Source: a virus
Direction: 5' to 3' (one strand)
Length of the DNA stretch: 64,000 nucleotides
Virus record (IMG/VR): IMGVR_UViG_3300002092_001375
Coordinates: 3,451 to 67,450 of that record
Shown: piece after piece, positions 29,388 to 39,266 of the stretch
Layout: every line of letters begins with the position of its first letter
How positions within the stretch are numbered: position 1 is the first letter of the stretch
The notes under the pieces: model-generated
What the model was told of the DNA's origin: nothing
Seen by the model: the letters and a program-made list of their open reading frames with translations, nothing else
Database searches by the model: none
Made by a program: the position numbers and the translations under genes

Positions 29388-29850
29388 ATTTAAAGCTAAA
29401 CCTATTATCGACGGCAAATTCTGGATCATCGAAGATCATGGAAACAAGATCGGAACACTAGCAAAAGATGAAACTGATAAATTTGTATTAAATGCTAAAA
29501 ATACTAGATCAGTCTACAAAGATATAAAATCCTTAGAAAGAAATTTTGGTAAAAACTTCTTCATCAGTGCAAAGAAAGAAGACATTGAAGTCAAAAACGA
29601 AATCTATGGATTTAATACTAACTGTGAACCTCATAATCCAATGTATGATGTCAAAAAGAAACTTCCATTGTTTACTAAAAGCGATGCTAGTAAGAGTGTA
29701 TATTGTGCAGGGTACTATGCAATTAAGTTTGAGAAAGGTTGGGTACGTAGTTTCTGTCCTAAGTTAATTACAATACAACGATACGAATCTAAAGGCCCAT
29801 TTAGGACCGAATTAGAACTACGTCAGGTGTTGTCCAATGTCAACAAATGA
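29380..29850 (+). CDS. hypothetical protein
   Basis: GGAG SD before ATG 29380; YCAGYY...SFCPKLIT. Confidence 0.7.
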   Translation: MDEFKAKPIIDGKFWIIEDHGNKIGTLAKDETDKFVLNAKNTRSVYKDIKSLERNFGKNFFISAKKEDIEVKNEIYGFNTNCEPHNPMYDVKKKLPLFTKSDASKSVYCAGYYAIKFEKGWVRSFCPKLITIQRYESKGPFRTELELRQVLSNVNK

Positions 29851-30082
29851 TATATCAATTGTTGTATTAGAAGATTTTATTAAAAAAGTCAGATCTGTAT
29901 CTAAGGCCAAACAAAAACAATTAAATATACCAACTGAAGAAGCTGAAACTTTAGTCTATCATCTAAATTTAACCTTATTAAAGTTAGTTGATAAATTACA
30001 AACAGCAGAAAACAAGAATAAAGAAGATTCTCAAATCTTAGTAGTTAGCATGGATGGCGGCGGATTCGAAGAAACACGATAA
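29837..30082 (+). CDS. hypothetical protein
   Basis: 81 aa ending VSMDGGGF. Confidence 0.65.
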   Translation: MSTNDISIVVLEDFIKKVRSVSKAKQKQLNIPTEEAETLVYHLNLTLLKLVDKLQTAENKNKEDSQILVVSMDGGGFEETR

Positions 30083-30085
30083 ATA
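30078..30085 (+). promoter_or_regulatory. late-promoter-like motif GATAAATA
   Basis: At gene boundary upstream of AAGGA SD. Confidence 0.55.
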
Positions 30086-30112
30086 TCATGTATAATTTCG
30101 TAAGGAATACGC

Positions 30113-30418
30113 ATGAGCCGTCCAAAACCTACTGTTATTTTAGAATACGTTAACAAGAAGAATTACAAGATGGATCAAGTTCTCGAAGCCGAAGCAATCT
30201 GGGCGGTGTTCTATAAAGAAAAACCCTTTAACTTAAAAAGCAGTAGTGTAGTTGCTAACTATCCTGGTCCTAAGTATAAGAAAACAGCATTTAGTAATCC
30301 CGGACATGCACATAATCTAGCCAAGAAATTGAACGCACAGTTTAAGACCGAAGACTTCCAAGTAGTTAAGTTAACTTCAGGAGAAGTTGTAGAATGGCAA
30401 TCAGTAAAGATACCTTAA
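30113..30418 (+). CDS. hypothetical basic protein
   Basis: MSRPKP...YPGPKYKKTAFSNPGHAHNLAKKLN. Confidence 0.75.
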   Translation: MSRPKPTVILEYVNKKNYKMDQVLEAEAIWAVFYKEKPFNLKSSSVVANYPGPKYKKTAFSNPGHAHNLAKKLNAQFKTEDFQVVKLTSGEVVEWQSVKIP

Positions 30419-30789
30419 CACGTATCTTCTTAAAACAAGCAGGCCTTACAGTCACTGACGACTCTGTGCGTAAAGCATCATTTAAATGGTGGAAGAATCC
30501 TCGAGACAAGCAAGAAGGCGGATTAGCACTTACGGACGAAGGCCTAGATCACCTTGCTGTTACGCTAGGTCTTAGATACTACGAAATTCCATTCCCTAAA
30601 AACTTCGAATTTACGACACAGATCGTATTGTTCTTAGATCAATTCATAGACTGTCCAAATTACTACACTAAAAAAGCCATACTAGTATTCAACGAAAAGA
30701 AGGCCGCGGAACTGATGCTATTCTCCGGAGATGTCCGTAAATACGGAACAGCAAAGGCTATGGCTAGACAGCGTGACTTAAATGGTTGA
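30394..30789 (+). CDS. hypothetical protein
   Basis: 131 aa, AGGAG SD. Confidence 0.7.
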   Translation: MAISKDTLTRIFLKQAGLTVTDDSVRKASFKWWKNPRDKQEGGLALTDEGLDHLAVTLGLRYYEIPFPKNFEFTTQIVLFLDQFIDCPNYYTKKAILVFNEKKAAELMLFSGDVRKYGTAKAMARQRDLNG

Positions 30790-30797
30790 CCTGCCAC

Positions 30798-30825
30798 TTG
30801 ACACGTTATATATAGATGCTATTAT
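30798..30825 (+). promoter_or_regulatory. sigma70-type early promoter with extended -10
   Basis: TTGACA-N13-TGCTATTAT. Confidence 0.7.
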
Positions 30826-30857
30826 ACATTATAGACATTTAAACACAGGAGTAAACA

Positions 30858-31940
30858 ATGTCAGATTTAGCAACTCGTACCGTTAGCATCAACAGCGCAA
30901 AGTCCGCATTGCGTCATGCATTTAAAAAGCGTCGTCCACTGTTTATTTGGGGTCCCCCAGGTATTGGTAAATCTGACGCAATCCATCAGTTAGGTACAGA
31001 ACTCGACGCTCACGTTATCGACGTGCGTTTGAGCCTTTGGGAACCTACAGATATTAAAGGCATTCCGTATTTTAATAGCGTTGATAATACTATGTCATGG
31101 GCACCTCCAGTAGAACTTCCAAACGAAGAACTCGCAAGCAAGCACGAACACATTATCCTGTTCCTCGATGAAATGAACAGTGCTCCGCCAAGCGTACAAG
31201 CGGCTGCTTATCAACTCGTCCTTAACCGTAAGGTTGGTACTTACAAGTTGCCAGATAATGTGTTCATTGTTGCCGCAGGTAACCGCGAAGCAGATAAAGG
31301 TGTTACTTACCGCATGCCTGCTCCGTTGGCAAATCGTTTCGTCCACTTGGAACTGCGTGTTGACTTTGAAGATTGGTTGAACTGGGCTATCGACAACAAG
31401 ATCCACAAGGACGTCGTTGGTTATCTGAGCTTTGCTAAACAGGATCTTTATGATTTCGATCCTAAGACTGCAAGCCGCTCGTTTGCTACGCCACGTTCGT
31501 GGGCATTTGTTAGCGAATTGCTCGACGACGACCTTGGCGAAGGTACACTTGCAGATCTCGTTAGCGGTGCTGTAGGCGAAGGTACTGGTGTTAAGTTCAT
31601 GGCACATCGTAAGGTTGCTGGACGTATGCCTAACCCAAGCGATATTTTGGCAGGCAAGGTCACTGAACTTAAAGTCAAAGAGATCTCAGCAATGTATTCA
31701 CTCACAGTGTCTATGTGCTACGAGCTTAAGGATGCTGCTGACAAGAAAGTCAAAGACTGGGATAAGATGGCGGACTACTTCTTCCGCTTTATGATGGATA
31801 ACTTCGAAACAGAACTGGTTGTTATGGGTGCCAAGGTCGCGCTTACTAACTACGATCTTCCAATCGACGCAAGTCGTATGAAGAACTTCGATGAGTTCCA
31901 CGATCGCTTTGGCAAGTACGTAATTGCTGCCAATAGCTAA
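30858..31940 (+). CDS. MoxR-like AAA+ ATPase
   Basis: Walker A GPPGIGKS, Walker B LFLDE, AAGNR, PLANRF, TPRSW. Confidence 0.9.
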   Translation: MSDLATRTVSINSAKSALRHAFKKRRPLFIWGPPGIGKSDAIHQLGTELDAHVIDVRLSLWEPTDIKGIPYFNSVDNTMSWAPPVELPNEELASKHEHIILFLDEMNSAPPSVQAAAYQLVLNRKVGTYKLPDNVFIVAAGNREADKGVTYRMPAPLANRFVHLELRVDFEDWLNWAIDNKIHKDVVGYLSFAKQDLYDFDPKTASRSFATPRSWAFVSELLDDDLGEGTLADLVSGAVGEGTGVKFMAHRKVAGRMPNPSDILAGKVTELKVKEISAMYSLTVSMCYELKDAADKKVKDWDKMADYFFRFMMDNFETELVVMGAKVALTNYDLPIDASRMKNFDEFHDRFGKYVIAANS

Positions 31941-31950
31941 GAGCTCCTGT

Positions 31951-31990
31951 TATAGCACCGTTGACAATTCCGTTAACGGTGCTATACTAT
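31951..31990 (+). promoter_or_regulatory. sigma70-type promoter within a 15-bp inverted repeat
   Basis: TTGACA 31961-66, TGCTATACT 31980-88; tatagcaccgttgac / gttaacggtgctata. Confidence 0.7.
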
Positions 31991-32007
31991 TACTATAAAC
32001 AAAGGAG

Positions 32008-33228
32008 ATGACAATGGCCGTTAAAGAACGCTCAAAAAATGATTATAAGAAAATCGAAGAAAAACTTATCACAGCACGAGTTGGACTCTTGTTGCGTCAT
32101 TCGTTTTTCGGCAACTTAGCAACACGATTGCGTATGGTAGATTGCACCGACGATCCGCGCATTAATACCGCGGCAACAGATGGTCGTTGTTTCTATTACG
32201 ACATCAACTTCGTTGATAAACTAACTCCTAAACAAAACGAGTTCTTGTTCGCTCACGAAGTTCTTCATAACGTGTTCGATCATATGACACGCCGCGGATC
32301 ACGCGATCCTGATATTTGGAACATCGCAGCAGACTATGCGATCAATCAAATCCTCATCGATGACAAGATCGGCGAACGTATTACACAGGTTAAGATTTTC
32401 CAAGATAACAAATATCGCGGCAAGAGTGCGGAAGAGATCTACGACATTATCTTTAAAAAATATGACTTACAGCAATTACAAGCACTTGGTGAACTGTTAG
32501 ATCAGCATCTCGATCCTGAGAAAGACGGTAGCCCAGATGGTAAGGGTGGTAAGAAACAATACACCAAAGAAGAATTACGTAAGATCCGCGATGAGATGAA
32601 AGAAGCTATGATCTCCGCCGCACAATCAGCAGGTGCTGGTAATATCCCTGCTGGTGTTAAGCGTATGATCAGCGAGCTCACCGAGCCCAAGATTGATTGG
32701 CGTACTATGTTACGTCAGCAAATACAGAGCACGATCAAAGCAGATTACACCTGGATGCGTCCAAGCCGTAGAGGGTGGCACACTAACGCGATCTTGCCTG
32801 GTATGAACTATGATCAAACTATCGACATCTGTGTAGCGATCGACATGTCGGGCTCTATCAGTGACAAACAAGGCCGAGACTTCCTCAGCGAAATCAAAGG
32901 TATCATGGATCAGTTCAAAGACTTCAGCATTAAACTATGGACTTTTGATACACAAGTCTATAACATGGCACATATTACTGCTGATACCATCCACGAGTTT
33001 GATACGTATGAACTTAAAGGTGGTGGGGGTACCGACTTTGAGGCCAACTGGAAGTTTATGAAAGATGAGAATATCGTTCCTAAGAAATTCATCATGTTCA
33101 CAGATGGTTTTCCGTGGGGGTCATGGGGTGAAGAAGATTACTGCGATACTATCTTCATCATCCACGGACCCGAAAGCATTAAGCCACCGTTCGGTGCTCA
33201 CAGCCATTATGAGTTTACGGCTATCTAA
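32008..33228 (+). CDS. HEXXH metallopeptidase-like plus VWA domain protein (DUF2201-like), MoxR partner
   Basis: TAATDG, AHEVLH, WNIAADYAIN, MIDAS DMSGS, GGGTDF, FTDG. Confidence 0.88.
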   Translation: MTMAVKERSKNDYKKIEEKLITARVGLLLRHSFFGNLATRLRMVDCTDDPRINTAATDGRCFYYDINFVDKLTPKQNEFLFAHEVLHNVFDHMTRRGSRDPDIWNIAADYAINQILIDDKIGERITQVKIFQDNKYRGKSAEEIYDIIFKKYDLQQLQALGELLDQHLDPEKDGSPDGKGGKKQYTKEELRKIRDEMKEAMISAAQSAGAGNIPAGVKRMISELTEPKIDWRTMLRQQIQSTIKADYTWMRPSRRGWHTNAILPGMNYDQTIDICVAIDMSGSISDKQGRDFLSEIKGIMDQFKDFSIKLWTFDTQVYNMAHITADTIHEFDTYELKGGGGTDFEANWKFMKDENIVPKKFIMFTDGFPWGSWGEEDYCDTIFIIHGPESIKPPFGAHSHYEFTAI

Positions 33229-33509
33229 TGGAACTAGAAAACATTAACCCACTTAATGTATTTGAGGCGAGGAGGTTTAACTTCCTCGCACCCCATCTTA
33301 TTCCTATAGAAGTGTCACTAACTAACTTTTATTATTATGAAGATACCGTAGTTAGTTGGATTGAACATAATTTAAAAGGTAGATATTTCTACGGAAATGT
33401 AACTAAACTAGTTGATAACCGTATAGTTACCTGCAAGGCAATCGCATTTGAAGAACAATACGAGTCAACTTTATTCCTTTTAAAATGTCCGCATATTGGC
33501 CAAAATTAA
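33228..33509 (+). CDS. hypothetical protein
   Basis: TAATG overlap; WIEHNLKGRYF. Confidence 0.65.
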   Translation: MELENINPLNVFEARRFNFLAPHLIPIEVSLTNFYYYEDTVVSWIEHNLKGRYFYGNVTKLVDNRIVTCKAIAFEEQYESTLFLLKCPHIGQN

Positions 33510-33567
33510 GGTTGTTAAATCCACTAAACGGTTATATACTAAAGAATCAATCGAAAAGGAGATATTC

Positions 33568-33828
33568 ATGGTTGACGAGAACACACAAACACCCGAAGAC
33601 GCTATAAACACAGCAGCACCGGAAACAGCAGCACCGGAAACAGCAGCACCGGAAACAGAAGAAGCAGCAGATCTGAATCTCAATGATCTTAATGCATTGA
33701 GATCAATTATCGATGTTGCTAGCACCCGTGGTGCATTTAAGGCAAACGAAATGGTTGCTGTTGGAACAGTTTATAACAAACTCGACAAGTTCCTAACACA
33801 AGCCGTAAAGGCACAACCAAATGCTTAA
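33568..33828 (+). CDS. hypothetical protein with TAAPE repeats
   Basis: AAGGAG SD before ATG 33568; IIDVASTRGAFKANEM. Confidence 0.75.
   Translation: MVDENTQTPEDAINTAAPETAAPETAAPETEEAADLNLNDLNALRSIIDVASTRGAFKANEMVAVGTVYNKLDKFLTQAVKAQPNA
33610..33654 (+). repeat. 15-bp tandem repeat x3 (acagcagcaccggaa)
   Basis: Three exact in-frame copies encoding TAAPE. Confidence 0.9.
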
Positions 33829-34516
33829 ACACGTAGGTAAGATGAAGCATAATAACGCCAAGGTATGTGTCGTTTATCGTACACTACCCGGCGAAGCTTA
33901 CTCTGCCTTAGTTGTTGGTACTTCTACTCTCAGTGAACAATATCATAATGCTATGATTAAAGAGGTAGAATCTTTGCAGGGACAAGAATCTAACGAGTTA
34001 GGGGATCTATTAAACACTCGATATTTCCCTGACGGTACAAACATGCTTCATCAGTTGCATCTAACTAAAAAACTAGTTAAAGTTCCAACCGATGGAGTAG
34101 TTATGACTCCATCCAGTAATTCAGAAATCATGCTAGATCAATTAAACATCATGATAGCTGAACAAAAGAACGTTGCGATCGACGACCTAGCGATCACTAG
34201 TGATTCTAAACAACATCGTCTCAAGAGTGAAAATGTAGATGTTAAAGACATATCTGATCCTGGTAAAAATCAAGACAATATTGAAATAACAGATCACACT
34301 AGCAAGACAACAACATCAAGCAATAATGTTGAAAGTCTAGTACCCCCACCCAAATCAACTGAGACGATTAAACCGCTAGAATCTGCTAGAGACTATCGTA
34401 GCGAAGCAGATCGCCTCTATAAGGAAGCAGCGAAACTAAGAAAAATGGCGGACGAGTTAGACCCGCCCAAAAAGAAAGTGTCAAGTGTCGCTAGTACCGA
34501 AGAGGCCACTCAATAA
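33821..34516 (+). CDS. hypothetical protein
   Basis: 231 aa; C-terminal RSEADRLYKEAAKLRKMADELDP. Confidence 0.75.
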   Translation: MLKHVGKMKHNNAKVCVVYRTLPGEAYSALVVGTSTLSEQYHNAMIKEVESLQGQESNELGDLLNTRYFPDGTNMLHQLHLTKKLVKVPTDGVVMTPSSNSEIMLDQLNIMIAEQKNVAIDDLAITSDSKQHRLKSENVDVKDISDPGKNQDNIEITDHTSKTTTSSNNVESLVPPPKSTETIKPLESARDYRSEADRLYKEAAKLRKMADELDPPKKKVSSVASTEEATQ

Positions 34517-34811
34517 AACAATAATAGACCAGTGGCCAGAGATCTTCGGTGATGTTGATTTAACTGCGATCCCTGTCCCCTATCTTCATAGTGTTATGAT
34601 CACGTTCAATGATGGACGTCAATGGAATGTAGTTCTTAAACCCGAAGAACGCGAGTCCAATAATGGAGATATACCAAAAAGTTTAAGCGAACTTTTTGAA
34701 TCATATCAAGATCAAATACAAAATGTTGATTTTCGGTTAGATGTTGAAAAGATAAAAGAAGACATAACCCAAAGTACTAGAAGATTTTTAAAGAGGAAAA
34801 AGAAAAAATGA
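34485..34811 (+). CDS. hypothetical protein
   Basis: 108 aa, WPEIFGDVDL; overlaps neighbours. Confidence 0.65.
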   Translation: MSLVPKRPLNKTIIDQWPEIFGDVDLTAIPVPYLHSVMITFNDGRQWNVVLKPEERESNNGDIPKSLSELFESYQDQIQNVDFRLDVEKIKEDITQSTRRFLKRKKKK

Positions 34812-35674
34812 CACTAAGGTCTGATATTGATTTTACTACTGATAAAAATTATGTTCCAGTACTAGATCACGGATTTGTAGGCCTCGTAGATCACATGGGT
34901 GACGACTCTGCTATAGCTCAAGCTGCTCGGGTAAGCTACGGTAAAGGTACTAAATCAGTACAAACTGATAGAGGATTAATACGTTATCTTATGCGACACG
35001 AACACACTACTCCATTTGAGATGTGTGAAGTTAAATTCCATTTAAAATTACCAATCTTTGTTATGAGACAATTGGTCAGGCACAGGACTGCTAGCCTAAA
35101 TGAGTATAGTGCCCGATACTCTGAGATCACAGATGAATTCTATCTACCCAATCCCGAAAATCTCAAGCCACAGAGTACAACCAATAAACAAGGTCGCGAC
35201 GGTGAACTCACAGACGAACAGCGAGCACACGTCGTCGCAGATCAACTCGAAGCGTGGGATCATTCCTATAACATCTACAAGCAGCATATCGACAGTGTTG
35301 GGTTGGCTAGAGAAACTGCTAGGGCGATCCTTCCAGTAGGGGGCTATACTGAGTGCTATTGGAAGGCTAACCTAAAAAACTTCTTACACATGGCTCGCTT
35401 ACGTATGGATAGCCATGCACAGTGGGAGATACAAGAGTTTTCCCGTGCTATGTACGAACTTGCTAAACCTCATTTCCCAATAGCTTGTGAAGCATTTGAA
35501 GATTACTCTGTAGATGCTATTAAAATAAGCAAACAAGAAGTAAGTTTACTTAAACGTCTTATGAAGAGCTCTTGGGAAGATCTAATAACTAATTATCGCG
35601 CTGAGGATGTAATTCGTACAGAATACGGACTTAGTAAGCGCGAATTGGAGGATTTTAAGAAGTCCTGGCTATAA
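34808..35674 (+). CDS. thyX: flavin-dependent thymidylate synthase
   Basis: AARVSY, HTTPFE, RHRTASLNEYSARY (RHRX7S), HAQWEI. Confidence 0.96.
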   Translation: MTLRSDIDFTTDKNYVPVLDHGFVGLVDHMGDDSAIAQAARVSYGKGTKSVQTDRGLIRYLMRHEHTTPFEMCEVKFHLKLPIFVMRQLVRHRTASLNEYSARYSEITDEFYLPNPENLKPQSTTNKQGRDGELTDEQRAHVVADQLEAWDHSYNIYKQHIDSVGLARETARAILPVGGYTECYWKANLKNFLHMARLRMDSHAQWEIQEFSRAMYELAKPHFPIACEAFEDYSVDAIKISKQEVSLLKRLMKSSWEDLITNYRAEDVIRTEYGLSKRELEDFKKSWL

Positions 35675-35682
35675 CGGTATAA

Positions 35683-35690
35683 GATAAATA
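35683..35690 (+). promoter_or_regulatory. late-promoter-like motif GATAAATA
   Basis: Intergenic before virion gene with AGGAG SD. Confidence 0.6.
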
Positions 35691-35714
35691 AAGTACTAGG
35701 TCAGGAGTTTCCCA

Positions 35715-37046
35715 ATGTCATTGAAATTAAGAAGAGGTACAAATGCTGAAAGATTAGCAATCATCCCAGCGGAGGGTGAGCTAATATACACTACAGATAC
35801 CAAAGAGCTTTACGTTGGCGATGGAAGTACTTTAGGTGGTAAGATTGTTGGATCTCTTCATGGAAATATTACAGAAAATCTAAATCTAGGATCACATAGT
35901 ATAACTGGAACACGGTTATCAATAGATGGTGTTAGCGGAAATATAACAGCAGCATCAACTACAACAAATCTAAAAGGATCCGTTTTTGCAGACGATAGTA
36001 CACTATTAGTAGATGGCATAAATGGAAGAATCGTTGGTACGATTTATACCAATGTTGGAAATATACAAATAACAGGCGGAACTAGCGGACAATATCTAAG
36101 AACTGACGGTTACGGTAATCTAAGTTGGCACGGTATTATAGGCGGTAGTGGGTCATCGAATTTAGCAGATTTGCTTGATGTAACTATAACCGATATAACA
36201 ACGAATGATATATTAAAATGGAATGGTTTTAATTGGACGAACAATTCTAATAACTTAGTAGATTTGCCCGATGTAACTATAACCGACATAACAACGAATG
36301 ATATATTAAAATGGAATGGTTCTCATTGGATGAACGATTCTAATAACTTAGTAGATTTGCCCGATGTTGATATATTATCTGTACGCACAAATCAGATATT
36401 ATCATATAACGGAGCACATTGGGCCAATACAAGCCATTTTGTTGGAGATATGTCTGGATCAGTATTTTCCGACGATAGTAATAAAATAATTGATGGGATA
36501 ACTGGTGACATAACCGGTGAATCAATTAAAGCAACAGTATTTTATGGTAACAACATTACTCCAAGAGTATCGTTAACATTCGATGATGGGGTTGAAGAAA
36601 GATTAACAATATACGGAGAAACCGACGGTACACTAGCTCGTAATTCATTGATTTCTATTCGTGGATATAGAGGAATGTTAACAGATCAGCAGCCTACATT
36701 AGCAAACGATGTACTAGGTGGATTATCGTTTGACGGTTTTACTGAGAATGGATATTCTGTATCTTCAGGAGTTATTGCATCCTGGAGTGCAACAGCTGAT
36801 TTTTCAAAATCTTTTCCTGATTCTAATGTAACTTTATTAACAGGCAACAATAGTGATGATTTCTTTAATCAATTTACGTTCAACGAAAAAGGAGTATTTA
36901 ATGCTCCAATTATTAAAGCATCAAATTACGGCACTAGCAGCTACCCAGCTGATCCAGAAAAAGGTTGGATTATTTTCGATAACCTAACAAACCAGTTTAT
37001 GGGATACAATGGTACAGGGTGGGTTGCTTTTACTGCTAGTCCTTAA
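35715..37046 (+). CDS. virion/tail fibre protein with Mtd-N-like N-terminus and 31-aa repeats
   Basis: LKLRRGT...EGELIYTTDTKELYVGDG; GSVFADDST motifs; L.DL.DV...ILKWNG..W repeats. Confidence 0.75.
   Translation: MSLKLRRGTNAERLAIIPAEGELIYTTDTKELYVGDGSTLGGKIVGSLHGNITENLNLGSHSITGTRLSIDGVSGNITAASTTTNLKGSVFADDSTLLVDGINGRIVGTIYTNVGNIQITGGTSGQYLRTDGYGNLSWHGIIGGSGSSNLADLLDVTITDITTNDILKWNGFNWTNNSNNLVDLPDVTITDITTNDILKWNGSHWMNDSNNLVDLPDVDILSVRTNQILSYNGAHWANTSHFVGDMSGSVFSDDSNKIIDGITGDITGESIKATVFYGNNITPRVSLTFDDGVEERLTIYGETDGTLARNSLISIRGYRGMLTDQQPTLANDVLGGLSFDGFTENGYSVSSGVIASWSATADFSKSFPDSNVTLLTGNNSDDFFNQFTFNEKGVFNAPIIKASNYGTSSYPADPEKGWIIFDNLTNQFMGYNGTGWVAFTASP
36159..36430 (+). repeat. 93-bp in-frame tandem repeat, about 3 copies
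   Basis: gatttgc at 36168, 36261, 36354; copies 1 and 2 near-identical. Confidence 0.85.
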
Positions 37047-37068
37047 CAAAAATAAATTATGTTAAAAA

Positions 37069-37413
37069 CTATCTCAATTTTCCATCATTGTAAATAATTG
37101 AAAGATTTTTTTTCGTAGTAGTACCATCAATACCGGTAGAAACTCCTATTCTATGATAATTATTATATCTCATTTTTATCTTATTGTGATAAACTAAAAT
37201 AGGATCCTGAGAAAAAATTTCCCACGATTTTTCACTATCAAATTCTATAACAGTAATACTTTTCATGTTATCATCACTAATAGTAGTATTGTATGAAAGA
37301 ATAAGATTAGATTTTATATAAACTTCGTCAATATAATTATGAATATCGTCGTCGCTTATAAAAAATTCTGTTGTATCTTGTTGTTTTATAGATATTATTT
37401 GTATTTTAAACAA
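37069..37413 (-). CDS. hypothetical protein
   Basis: 114 aa ORF overlapping upstream gene end. Confidence 0.55.
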   Translation of the reverse strand: MFKIQIISIKQQDTTEFFISDDDIHNYIDEVYIKSNLILSYNTTISDDNMKSITVIEFDSEKSWEIFSQDPILVYHNKIKMRYNNYHRIGVSTGIDGTTTKKNLSIIYNDGKLR

Positions 37414-38338
37414 TAAAGTTTTCTTTTTCTTTTATTTGAATAAAGTCTTTTGTAACTAATATACAACTTGGAAGTATAGTATCGTTATGAGATATCCAAT
37501 TAAATGGTTTAGACATATCTAATCCTTTACCTATACAAATCCAAGGTCTTGGAATAAAATTATCAACTGTATATGTTCCGTATTTTATATGTAAAGTGTC
37601 TTCAACTCTAGCAATTCTAGGATCAAAATAATTTAATACATTACAAAATGCTAACTGATAACCTTTTGAAATTGCTAACAATCCAATTTTAGAATATAAT
37701 CTTCCCATATTAAACCAATAATTTGTATCAAATTCTGTCGGAGGAACACTAATTAATAAAGGAGCATTCATTTGAGGTGCTTTAATGTCACCGTTCTTTT
37801 CTCCCATTGTTTCCCAATATATTGCTAATGCATAAATTTTCTTTCTTATTTCTTGATCAGTAATCATAATTTTATAACCAGGATTATTCTCTAATAGGAA
37901 TTGATCAATCATACTACTAATTTCAAAGAAAGTTTCTTCATCTACATTACTATTAAAATCAAAACTTCTGTGAGCATGTTTTAAAGTTTGTTGTTTAACA
38001 GTATTAAAATCGCCATCGATATCTCCCTGCAATACTATAAATTCTACATATTCTTCATTATTTGTTATTTTATAATCAATATTACTTTCTTTTAAAACAC
38101 ATTCTAAACTTCCAACTGCAAGTCCAATATGCTGCCATTTTTCAAAAGTATGAATATGAGTTGGCATGAATATTTCATCTTCTCGTCTCGGATCTAATGA
38201 TAAAAATTTATCAGTTGGAGTAAATTTTAGTCGAATTGAATCATCTAAAATTGAAATATCACATCCATAATACGTCCTTCCGCAACGGCAAGGTGCAAGA
38301 TATAACGTTTTTTCGATTGCTCTAAGTAATGCTGACAT
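37406..38338 (-). CDS. nitroreductase-fold protein (putative)
   Basis: HAHRSFD, PQMNAPLLI, GLLAISKGYQLAFC resemble flavin nitroreductase fold; AAGGAG SD and GATAAATA motif at 38360-67. Confidence 0.5.
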   Translation of the reverse strand: MSALLRAIEKTLYLAPCRCGRTYYGCDISILDDSIRLKFTPTDKFLSLDPRREDEIFMPTHIHTFEKWQHIGLAVGSLECVLKESNIDYKITNNEEYVEFIVLQGDIDGDFNTVKQQTLKHAHRSFDFNSNVDEETFFEISSMIDQFLLENNPGYKIMITDQEIRKKIYALAIYWETMGEKNGDIKAPQMNAPLLISVPPTEFDTNYWFNMGRLYSKIGLLAISKGYQLAFCNVLNYFDPRIARVEDTLHIKYGTYTVDNFIPRPWICIGKGLDMSKPFNWISHNDTILPSCILVTKDFIQIKEKENFIV

Positions 38339-38362
38339 ATTGAAACTCCTTGTATTTTTTAT

Positions 38363-39232
38363 TTATCTATATTGTTTATTGCGATCCAGCATTAAAAATT
38401 TTAAAAAATACGCAATCGGCGCACTAGTATCAATTTCCCACCATTTAAATCCTAAATCAATTGCTCTAGGTCGACTATGGTGATTATTTTGAAGCAACCC
38501 ACTGAATATACCTAGAAAAATATAATGTAATATTAAATTATTATTTGAGTCATCGACTGTATTCTTAAGTCGATAACTTAATGGAAAATCTTTAATATGA
38601 CATAACCCAGCACATGCCATGCCCAAAACAATTATAAATCTCCCAAGCAAGATTATTTTAAATAAAATAATTGGTGCTATAAAATACAATGTAATTAAAG
38701 TAGCTATTGATAAAGATATTGAGTATTCTTCACAAAATTGTGTCCATTTGTCGTTTATTAATCTAGAACTAGTTTTTACTCCTGTCCTAATAACCTTATT
38801 AACATCAGGAATTTGAAAATTACAAAGAAACTCTATAGGTAATGTTATTGCCGATCCAAACCAAAATTCTTTAAAATTGACATTATCTGCTTTTCCTTGA
38901 TCTGCATATATGTGATGTGCTGGATGCCAAATACACAAGTATCGTACAGGACCATGAGATTGATTTACCGAACATAAAAATGTTAATATTTTATATGTTA
39001 TACTATCAACATTGATTGGAAATACCGCATGAGAACAAATTCTATGTGCAAAAGTTTCTTCAATAGTTATTATATATATTGTGGCTAATAATAACCAGTA
39101 CCATTGATTTTGAATATCCATAATTGAATCGAAAAACTCATATCCGCCAATAAATATCATTGAAAATACCAAAATAAGTCTAACAATGATTTGTAATTTA
39201 TTTTTTTGATATAACTTAATATTATCCATCAT
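38363..39232 (-). CDS. membrane fatty-acid desaturase family protein
   Basis: His boxes HRICSH, HPAHH, QNNHH; WWEID; several TM segments. Confidence 0.85.
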   Translation of the reverse strand: MMDNIKLYQKNKLQIIVRLILVFSMIFIGGYEFFDSIMDIQNQWYWLLLATIYIITIEETFAHRICSHAVFPINVDSITYKILTFLCSVNQSHGPVRYLCIWHPAHHIYADQGKADNVNFKEFWFGSAITLPIEFLCNFQIPDVNKVIRTGVKTSSRLINDKWTQFCEEYSISLSIATLITLYFIAPIILFKIILLGRFIIVLGMACAGLCHIKDFPLSYRLKNTVDDSNNNLILHYIFLGIFSGLLQNNHHSRPRAIDLGFKWWEIDTSAPIAYFLKFLMLDRNKQYR

Positions 39233-39266
39233 TGATATTTATGTTAAAATAAAATTAGAAAAAAAT

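Noticed and set aside
33267-33289. Hairpin gcgaggagg-tttaa-cttcctcgc as a terminator
   Set aside because: Inside a CDS with no U-tract; insufficient support
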